Source: Emiliania huxleyi CCMP1516
Taxonomy: Eukaryota
Direction: 5' to 3'
Length of the DNA: 64,000 bases
Assembly: GCF_000372725.1 (NCBI RefSeq)
Contig: NW_005202427.1
Span: 248,001-312,000 of the forward strand
In this document: positions 55,737 to 64,000 of the stretch, piece after piece
How positions within the stretch are numbered: the stretch's first letter is position 1
Layout of the letters: each line of letters begins with the position of its first letter
Made by a program: the position numbers and the translations under genes
Notes under the pieces: generated by a model
Databases searched by the model: none
Seen by the model: only the letters and a program-made list of their open reading frames with translations
What the model was told of the DNA's origin: nothing

Positions 55737-58187
55737 ATGCCGGAGTGGGAGAATGCGAGGGTGCCCGTGCCAGAGGGCGCGTACCCGCTGTTTCTGACAA
55801 ACACGACGCAGGCCAACTTCAAGTGCCGTGAGCGCGAGGATTGCACCTCCGCCCAGCCGTACGTCTTTGTCTCCAAGAAGGTTTTCCTCGACGACATTCA
55901 GTTCCGCGGCGTCATCTCCGATTTTCATCCGACCAAAAAGTACATTGAGAAATACCCTGACGGAGTGGACGTGCAGGAGGATGGCACGTCAGGGCTGCTG
56001 CTCGTCTGGGACGAGGACGAGGACTACGGGCAGAACTTCTACCTTGTGCACTCTGTGGAGCTCAAGGAGGCGGTCGTCGCCAAGTGGGCGGCTGCCGGCG
56101 AAGGCGATGCCGCGGGTGAAAGCGGTGGCGCTGGGGCGATGGAGGAGGAGGAGGAGGAGGCGTACGTGCCACCAGTCTCCAAGCCGTGGGTGTCGCTCGG
56201 GTCGGAGCAGGAGCTTGAGAACGAGGCTGTGGTCGAGGGGCGCGGCCGTTTCATCTTGCACCTCTCGCGGGCGCGCCGCCTCTTTGGCGCAAAGCCGCGG
56301 GCATTCTTCGACCGCGACGCCGACGCCGACCCTTGCATCAGCGAGAATGATTGCCGCCCCTTCACAGACCTGAAGTTTGGAGGGTTGGTTCGCGAGGACC
56401 GATCGGTGGGAGTGCAGGCGGTTCCCCTGGTTGCGCCAGCCGCGACTCAAACAAACAGCCGGCGTCAGGTCAATGTGGCGGCGCAATACGACGCGCGCGA
56501 GCTGAGTGCGGGAGCACGGAGGGCAACGGAGCGATCCGAGCCCTTCCGCGCATTCCTGCGACGGGTGCGCGCGCCGTGCGAGCAAGCGCTGCAGCAGAAC
56601 GAGCTCGTCGACATAACAGCCGACGACTTTGCAGAGCTTGCAGACGACGAAACGTCGCTCGGAAAGTCTGACGCGAATCTGCGCGAGCTGCAGCACTTTT
56701 CGCACCTCGACTACTGCGTCGACCGCACAATCGCGTGCGCTGACTGGCTCCCCACGCCCAAGGCACTCGTTGTCGGCGTCTCTTGTGTGCAGCGCCTCAG
56801 CTTTGAGGAGCGGGTCGCCATCGCCGGCAAGATTCACACCGGGTTCGTGCTGCTGTGGAACTTCTCGGACCCGATCACGCCGCAGATGGTGCTGGAGGCC
56901 CCGAGCGACGTACTCTGCTTCCGCTTCTGCCCCACCAACCCTGATTTGGTCGCCGGCGGACTTGCGTCGGGGCAGACGGTCGTATGGGACCTAGCCGCCG
57001 CCCGACGCGAGGCGCAAGAGCTGCACGCGGACACGGGCAAGGAGCTCGACAAGCAGGAGGAGGGCTCGAGCGCAGTGGTGGCTCAGCCGGCCTTCCTCTC
57101 TCAGGTCGACCTCTCCCACCGGGCTGCGGTCACCGACATTGCGTGGCTGCCATCGGCGCTCGAGGTGTCGGAGAAGGGCAAGATCTCACGCGAGTCTGAG
57201 CCTGGCGCGCAGGAGCTCTTTGCCACCACCGCGGCGGACGGGCAGCTACTGTTCTGGGACATCGGCCGCGCGAGGGAGCTGCGGCGAGTCCTGGCCGCGG
57301 GCGGGGAGGAGTCGCCAGCAAAGAAGAAGAAGCGCGAGGGCTGGGGCCCCACCCACCGCCTGCCGCTCAAGGCGCCTGCCGCTCAAGGCGGGGCGGAGCT
57401 CGCCTGCATCTCGATGGCGCTCAGCGTGCCTGAGGACCCGGCCGCACCGTGCGAGCTCTTTTGCGTCACCGAGGAGGGCGAGGTTGCTCGGGTGAGCCTC
57501 GCCAACCCGGGCTCCGAGGCCGCCGAGAGAGGAGTCACCTCAGTGCTGCCCGGGCACTGCTCGCCGTGCACCGCCCTCTGCCGCTCGCCTTTCCACGCGG
57601 ACGTCTACCTCTCTGTGGGCGACTGGAGCTTCTCGCTCTGGAGGGAGGGCGTCGAGCTACCTCTCTTCAGCTCGCCCTTCGCATCGGCGCTGCTGACGTG
57701 CGGCTGTTGGTCACCCACGCGGCCGGCGCTCCTATTCGTTGGCCGTGCGGACGGAGCGGTCGACGTTTGGGACCTCAACGACCGGTCACATGAGCCGTTC
57801 CTGTCCGTCGCGGTCACATCCGCCGCGATTACGACGCTCCATATCCACACTGCTGGCACGAAGCAGCTCCTGGCAGTGGGCGATGACCTTGCCGCACTCC
57901 ATGTGATGGAGGTGCCACGGAGCCTTCGGCGCCGCACAAACAGCGAGAAGGACCAGATGACCAGCTTCCTCGCGCGCGAGCAGCGCCGAGTCGAGTATGT
58001 GCAGAAGCGGGCGGGGGCACGCGGCGAGACGGCCAGCACAGAAGCGGCGGCAGCGACGGGTGAGCCGGAAGATGAAGCTGACACGATGGGCGATGATGAG
58101 CCGACCGCGACTGACCCTGAGGGGTCTGAGGCGGACTTCCTAGCGATAGAAGCAGCTTTCTTGGAGAGGATGGGCTTGAAGAGATGA
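55737..58187 (+). CDS. DNAI3: Axonemal dynein intermediate chain, WDR63/IC140-like WD40 protein
   Basis: N-terminal YPLFLTNTTQ..EDCT..PYVFVSK..DDIQFRGVISDF; KPWVSLGSEQE; WD repeats LLWNFSDPITPQMVLEAP, FCPTNPDLVAGG..GQTVVWDL, RSPF..LSVGDWSFSLW, CWSPTRP. Confidence 0.85.
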   Translation: MPEWENARVPVPEGAYPLFLTNTTQANFKCREREDCTSAQPYVFVSKKVFLDDIQFRGVISDFHPTKKYIEKYPDGVDVQEDGTSGLLLVWDEDEDYGQNFYLVHSVELKEAVVAKWAAAGEGDAAGESGGAGAMEEEEEEAYVPPVSKPWVSLGSEQELENEAVVEGRGRFILHLSRARRLFGAKPRAFFDRDADADPCISENDCRPFTDLKFGGLVREDRSVGVQAVPLVAPAATQTNSRRQVNVAAQYDARELSAGARRATERSEPFRAFLRRVRAPCEQALQQNELVDITADDFAELADDETSLGKSDANLRELQHFSHLDYCVDRTIACADWLPTPKALVVGVSCVQRLSFEERVAIAGKIHTGFVLLWNFSDPITPQMVLEAPSDVLCFRFCPTNPDLVAGGLASGQTVVWDLAAARREAQELHADTGKELDKQEEGSSAVVAQPAFLSQVDLSHRAAVTDIAWLPSALEVSEKGKISRESEPGAQELFATTAADGQLLFWDIGRARELRRVLAAGGEESPAKKKKREGWGPTHRLPLKAPAAQGGAELACISMALSVPEDPAAPCELFCVTEEGEVARVSLANPGSEAAERGVTSVLPGHCSPCTALCRSPFHADVYLSVGDWSFSLWREGVELPLFSSPFASALLTCGCWSPTRPALLFVGRADGAVDVWDLNDRSHEPFLSVAVTSAAITTLHIHTAGTKQLLAVGDDLAALHVMEVPRSLRRRTNSEKDQMTSFLAREQRRVEYVQKRAGARGETASTEAAAATGEPEDEADTMGDDEPTATDPEGSEADFLAIEAAFLERMGLKR

Positions 58188-58594
58188 ACGGACTACAGCA
58201 GTACGTATGTAGTATGAGTGGAGCACAGCAGTACCCGCCCGCGCCCCACCCAGAGCACCCAACAGGCGCCTGTCCCAGATTTTGTGATAACACCGCGCCG
58301 AGCTGGGCGGCGCCTGCGCAGCGCGCTGGCGGAGTTCTTCGCTTGAAAATAGAAACACGGACGTGGCACCGCATGTTCTCGCGCGCACAAACGCACAGAA
58401 ACATAGTGTGCGCGCGTTGGTCGCTGTGCCCCACCGATCACGCGCGGAGATTTCCCTCCCGGCGCGCACACACACACACAACACACTATACGCACAGAGC
58501 TCCAGAGTGTCGGCCTCCCGCAAGCGTGCGGGTGGCAGCGCGGCGCGCACCGCACTTCCTCGTGACTTCACGTGCGCGCGAGAGAGAGCACACA

Positions 58595-60589
58595 CTACGC
58601 CAGCAGCGAGTTCTTCTTGACCATGGCGAGGGTGTTCTTCGATCGCTTGGGTGGCTTGGCCGCGGGAGTGCATGCCGCGCAAGTGAACTTGCCCTGTGGC
58701 TTGCCCCGCGCCACGGGACGACGGACGCACGACCGATGGAAGGCCTTTGGGCAGCTGCTGCAGCGCTCAACCATCCCAAAGAGCTCGTCGTTGCACTGTG
58801 CGCACCGCTCTGGCATGCTTGCCGCGGTCGCATCGTCGCCGAGCTCCTCGTCAGGGCCGGCGGTGGCTTCGACGGGCCGCTTGTTGCTGGCGGAGACGGC
58901 GCCACCCAAACCGGACGCGTCATCCGCTTCAGGCTGCAGAGGGTGGGCGGGGCCGGGGGTCTGGCCGTGGACACCGAGCCAGCCTTGCTGCTCGTGCGGC
59001 GCTGGATGCTCCGGTGGACGAAGCTGGTCGAGCGCTCGAGGCGGCCTCGCATCCGAGGAGATCGAGTCCTCGGCCTCTTCTGGGAGCGCCGCTGACCCTC
59101 CACCGCGTTGCTGCAGCGTGCTTCGGTCTGACTCCATCGAGGCTTGCTCTGTGAGCGGCACCCTTGCTGCTGCTAGCGCCTCGTCGAGCTCGCCCTGCGC
59201 CTCCTCCTGCGCCTCGAGTAACTCGCGGCGGCATTGGTCAAGCTCGTCCTGCGTGGCCGCGAGAAGTGCCAACGCAGCTGCGTGCTGCTCAGATGCCCGC
59301 TCCTCCGCTTCTTGCGAGGCCTTCACCTCCGCCTCGAGCGTCGCTGCTCGCGCGCGCGCCGCCATCCACTCGGCACCATCCGCGCGCTCGTCGACGACAG
59401 CAAGCCGGTCGCCTGAGTGAGCGAGCGCGTCGGCCTGTCCCAGCTCACGAAGCAGTAGCTGCGTCACCACCTATCGGCGGAGAGACACGTCTTCTTCCCA
59501 TGGGGACAGTGCGCTCCGCCTGTGGCGCCCGCCACGGGCTTCCCGACTGGACACCTCGTTGCGTCGCGCCGCAGCTTGCAGCTGATCGTTGGTCTCAGAG
59601 AGGAGCATGTTGCGCCGAAGAGCCCCCTCCATCTGGTCCGCCTGGCTCGCAAGCAGCGCGTCTTTCTTCGCCAGCAGCGACTCCGCCCCCCTGGCCTCGC
59701 CTCGCATCTTGCGCGCCACCGAGAGGGCATCCGCGTGCCCCTCTTTCGCCTTGCGAAGCTCCTGCATGAGCACCTGCGCCGCGACGATCATGGGGGTACA
59801 GCCGAGCAAGGTGAGAGGGGAAGATGCGGCGCATGCAGATTTGGAGGCCTCTCAGGCTAGTCTCTGGCAAGCGCGTACCTTCATCTCCTCGAGTCGGGAG
59901 CTGCTGAGCGCGTCCTTCTCCTTGGCCACCTCTCGAGCCGCCTTGAGCTGCGCGACAAGCTTGGCGCGGCCGACAACCGAGGCCTGGGTGCGCTCAATGG
60001 CGGAGAGCTGCAAGCGGGCGCTGCTCTGCTCCTCCACGATGCGGCCCACCGTGCCGCGGCAGGTGCGCTCCGCAGCACGCACCGTCTCGAGCATGAGCGT
60101 CACCTCCGAGACCTTGGCGTGGAACGACTCGATGTGTTGATCCGAGGAGGACTGGTGAGCACGCAGTGTGCCTACCGCCCGGTTCGCAGCCCCGAGCTGC
60201 TCGTTCAGTACGTGCAGCTGCTCGCCCTGTGCGCTGATCTTTGCCTTGGATTCGGCCGCCTGGTCGTCGGCGAGCCGAGCCAGGATGGCGTAGCGCTGCT
60301 TCTCCGACTCCACCGCCGCAAGATGGCGGTCGGCCGCAGCCTCGGCCTCCTGTATGCGGCGCTCCGACGCACGCAGGTTGGCCTGCACCTCGCTCCTGCT
60401 GTCGAGTGCAGCCTTGAGCGTCGCCTCGGCGTGATGGACGCTCCGCTCGAGCTCTTGGACGCGCCGCTCGGCACCCTCCTTCTCGCCGACAAGGGAGAGC
60501 AGCCGCTGCTGGAAGCGCGCAGTCGAGAGTGCGTCGAGCAGGGGCTGCGTAGGAGTGCCGTCGCTTTCGACGTCGCTCGCCGACGACAT
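58595..60589 (-). CDS. Coiled-coil protein with C-terminal PHD finger
   Basis: GT-AG introns 59774-59878 and 59471-59554; C4HC3 motif CAQC..CSSCPKAFHRSC..FTCAAC. Confidence 0.75.
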
Positions 60590-60724
60590 CGGGAAGTGCT
60601 AAAGCGCCGTCAGAAGAATTCTACGAATAAAGCCCCTCTCACAGCAGACTGGCACGAACTAGCACCACAAAAGGCACAGCAGACAACGGCGTCAGAAGAA
60701 AAAGGAAGGTGCGACGTGCTATAA

Positions 60725-61931
60725 GTGCAGTTGGCGACGGTAGATCATTTCCCACTATGCCACGTCGCCCATCCCACTATGCCAAAACCACACTGGGTCG
60801 CCAGTTCGAATCCCAGTCCGACGGTCGAAAAAATTGAATTTCTCTAAGGAGTCCACCGATCGACAAGAAGTGATTTCTTGTTGGTCTTTAAAAATCTCTC
60901 CCGATCGACCGCATCCCTCTGGGGGGAGGCGGGGGCCCCCGGAGGCACCGTGCGCCGCGCAGCAGTGCGGAAACGGGGCCCCGGCTCTACTAGTCTCTAC
61001 TAGCACCAACTTCCCGATTAAGCTAGGTTAATCAGAGGGCAGATTTGGAGAGATCTCGAGGAGTACATACAGATAGACCCTCCAATCATGAGAAACCTCC
61101 AACCTGATCGGTCGTACTGACCGCCGACAGATCACTCCAGACAGCAGACAGGCCGACGTCTGCACACGGCCGGCCGGGCGAGAGGCTTGACACGATCCGA
61201 CTCTGCGACCCTGACGCTGCTACTCTAGCTATCAGACGTGCACTGTTGACTGCTGCCACAATGTGCGACCGGTGCTGGCCCACTTGGCGGCCTTCCCGGT
61301 CAGTGGTGAGGCGCAGTTCAGAGCTGTCGATGGCGCGATGCCGCACTGGTCCCACATTGGTGACACGAGACCACCAAGTTTGCCGGTCCAAGAGAGAGGC
61401 ACCGGCGCTGTCCTGAGAAGGTGCGTGGTCCCTCTTGACTGCCCATGCGCGCGAGGCTGTGTAGGCATAGCCTCGAGAGTGCCAGCAGCCAATCCGAGGT
61501 GACGCGCATTGCGCCAGAAGCGTGCACACGATGGAAGGACACCTTCCTACTGGCCGTACGATCAGGTCGTCACTGAATGCTGGATACTGAGGCCGCGAGC
61601 TATGCAGGTGGTCAATTGTGCAGCAGGGCACGGTCAGCAGCGCCGACAGGCTGTCGCAAGGCGTGATAGCATGGCCGCAAGTACGGCGAATTCCCATGAA
61701 AACAAGTAAAAAATTGAACAAAAGAGAAAAAATCGCAAAAAAATCGGCGCCTGCGGCGGGCCATGGGACCCCATCTCCCCCCCGCATGGATACCCTCTAG
61801 GGCCCCCGCCTCCCCCCAGAGCCGCATCCCGGCCGGTAACCAAACCGGACACATGTTCCGCGACCCGGGGAGTGTGGTTTGGGATGGGCGACGTGGCATA
61901 GTGGGAAATGATATACCGTCGCCAACTGCAC
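60725..61931. mobile_element. PIF/Harbinger-like non-autonomous element (52-bp TIR, TAA TSD)
   Basis: gtgcagttggcgacggtagatcatttcccactatgccacgtcgcccatccca (60725-60776) inverted at 61880-61931 with 1 mismatch; taa at 60722-60724 and 61932-61934. Confidence 0.88.
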
Positions 61932-62216
61932 TAAGGGGTCTCGCTCTAAAAGAAAGAAAGAAAACTCAAAACAGACAAGAACCCAAGGGACGAAGGGAGG
62001 GATGGGAGGACGCGGCACGCCGCCACCACACACAGGAGAGGAGGACTCCGGCCGTTCGGACCTCCCCGCTTTCTTTGTTTCTCGGTAGCAAGCCCCGGTG
62101 TCAAATATAAAGAAAGCCGGCACGCCTTGCGGCGGCCCTGGGAGCCTCCACTGGGGCGGAGCCGAAACTGGTTGCCCGTTTGCAACTCCGAGAACCCAGC
62201 TCAAGAACCTTCTGCG

Positions 62217-63110
62217 TCACACCTGCCGCACGCCCTCCTCGGCCGGCGCCATGCCAGGCGCGGCGACCGGCTCGCCCGCGCTCTGGCGCAGCTCGGCGAG
62301 GGGACACCCAAAGGTCGCCTGCAGCCAGGACGCGAGCTGGGCGGCGGGTGCCGCCATCATCCACAAGCTAAAGTGGTCGGCGCCGCGCACGGAGAGCATC
62401 GTCGCGCGCGCGCCACCGCTGAACCCGCGAGAGAAGCGCTCGTAGCGGCGCACCGAGCAAAACTGGTCTGCCGTGCCGCTGATGAGGAGGGCGGGCGCGC
62501 GCGCCTCCCCACGCTGGAGCGGCGAGGTGACGTCGCGGCAAAAGAAGAGCGGGGCGGCGAAGCTGAGCGGCGGCGCGAGGAGGATGAGCGCCGAGAGGTG
62601 CTCACGGAGCGACGGCGCGGCGTCGGCGACGCAGAGCGAGCCGTACGAGTATCCCGCGAGGATGAGTCGGCTCGGCGGCGGGTCGCAGCACGAGCGGAGG
62701 AAGGCCCACGCCGCGCGGATGTCGTCGGCGGAGGAGTGGCCCCGCCCGATGCCGCACCGGAAGTTGAAGCGCAGGGTCGTGACGCCGCCGCTCTCGCCCA
62801 GTGTGTCGGCGAGGGCCAGCACGTTTGGGTCATGCATCGACCCGCCCATCGGACCCCAGGGGTGGGTCACGATGGCGGCCAGCGGCGAGCCCCGATCGGC
62901 CAGCATGCCGGAGCAGCACGCCGGGATGCCGGCGCACGCTCCGGCCACGGGAATCGTGACGGCCACCTCGCCGGGCGCAAAGCCACGCACGCACGCGGTC
63001 TGTATGCGGCGCTGCCGCTGCTGCAGCGCGGCCTCGCGCGCCATCGCCTCGCGGCCTGCGCGCTCGCGCTGGTAGGCCGCAGTGAGTTGCGCGGTCACGT
63101 CCGCCGCCAT
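62217..63110 (-). CDS. Alpha/beta hydrolase (COG2945-like)
   Basis: THPWGPMGGSMHDPNV, LRFNFR, GYSYGS nucleophile elbow, GTADQF, GADHF complete the triad. Confidence 0.85.
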   Translation of the reverse strand: MAADVTAQLTAAYQRERAGREAMAREAALQQRQRRIQTACVRGFAPGEVAVTIPVAGACAGIPACCSGMLADRGSPLAAIVTHPWGPMGGSMHDPNVLALADTLGESGGVTTLRFNFRCGIGRGHSSADDIRAAWAFLRSCCDPPPSRLILAGYSYGSLCVADAAPSLREHLSALILLAPPLSFAAPLFFCRDVTSPLQRGEARAPALLISGTADQFCSVRRYERFSRGFSGGARATMLSVRGADHFSLWMMAAPAAQLASWLQATFGCPLAELRQSAGEPVAAPGMAPAEEGVRQV

Positions 63111-63641
63111 GGTCAGTGCCGGCAGCTTTGGCGCCACGAAAGTCGCTAACGCCGCCGCCGCCGTCCAGGTGCGCGTCAGCAGTGGGCAGGTGTGCTTGCG
63201 CACGACTTATATTCTTTTATCTTCCTTCGAGGGACTCGAGGAGGTAATCCTTTGGCCGCGTTGGGTAGCGAGGATTGGTGTAACGTTTCCTACTCTGGGT
63301 TGCCGGAACTGCACTAGGCCAACGTCCGTTCCGGCGCCAAGAAAGAACGAACGATGGCCAAAGTGCGATACTAGTATGTAGGGCGACACGCGGGGGCGGC
63401 GGCGCACGGGGTAGGAAGTCGTTGCCTACTAGTTGCGGGATGCGGGTTCACACACACACAAAAGAAAACATGCTCGGGTTCATTTCGAGGTACCCAGCTA
63501 TCGTAGTGTGGATTCTTGAACGCGATTTCGTAACCTCCGCCCGACCGACCCGGGGGGTGATCGATTGACGGCGCCGAGGAGCTGGGCACACGTGGCGGCC
63601 GGAGGTGCCGACGACGACCCCTCCACACCCTTCTCCGAGAT

Positions 63642-64000
63642 ATGTCCCTCCTCGCGCTGCTGCTCCTCGCGCTGACGTGCTGCGAGGCCACCGAGTGGCA
63701 CAGTGCGCGCTGCGAACGCTCGCACCACGACACGGCGCGCTACTCGTGCGAGGTTGCCAAGGGTGAGCACGCAAGCGCTGATGCCGTCGGCTCTTGGCAA
63801 GACACAATTGACACGACGGGCTGGAGCAACCTGCTCGTCCGCACGCGCGCGGCGCCCCAGGACGACGGCGCTGAGGCGGCCGCATTCTCTGCCGGCTACC
63901 TCGAGGGCCACCTCACCGCCCACCGGGTGGTCCAACACCTGAGCAATGCGAGGGTGGGCGTTGGGGGCGGGGTGCGCATGGATCCTCTCCCAGAGAAGGT
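63642..64000 (+). CDS. Phospholipase B-like (PLBD) protein, 5' part
   Basis: MSLLALLLLALTCCEA signal peptide; DTIDTTGWSNLLV..AFSAGYLEGHLT..HLSN; open to the window end (not in the ORF track). Confidence 0.75.
   Translation, partial: MSLLALLLLALTCCEATEWHSARCERSHHDTARYSCEVAKGEHASADAVGSWQDTIDTTGWSNLLVRTRAAPQDDGAEAAAFSAGYLEGHLTAHRVVQHLSNARVGVGGGVRMDPLPEK

Noticed and set aside
60792..60818. tRNA T-loop-like GTTCGAATCCC
   Set aside because: No acceptor, D or anticodon arms can be folded; it lies inside a transposon end.

Overview
Eukaryotic, very GC-rich genomic DNA with many short introns, many of them GC-AG, and intronic 10-11-mer tandem repeats. This signature suggests a haptophyte such as Emiliania (Gephyrocapsa) huxleyi (inference). 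About 24 protein-coding genes can be modelled. They include a >1,900-aa secreted multi-enzyme protein running off the left edge (CBM-like, GH43, flavin amine oxidase, SGNH, Cys-rich modules, LpqC-type esterase, cupredoxin), an EngB/YsxC GTPase, an S1-FHA (SNIP1-like) fusion, a Pro/Cys/Lys-rich surface protein, a degenerate ANL adenylation protein and a His-brace LPMO-like protein. Also present are bL21, an Sfp-type PPTase, a tandem sphingosine-1-phosphate-lyase-like PLP protein, an ATP-grasp ligase, two heparan-type sulfotransferases, Gemin2, histone H2B with a 3' stem-loop, WDR63/DNAI3, a PHD protein, an alpha/beta hydrolase and a phospholipase B-like gene. Six non-autonomous TIR elements with target-site duplications lie between genes; one has CACGATG Transib/RSS-like ends. 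Several introns are built from 24-50-bp duplications of exon or splice-junction sequence plus a tandem-repeat filler. There is one assembly gap (38079-38306) with low-quality sequence beside it. All family calls come from motif recognition by eye; no database search was run.
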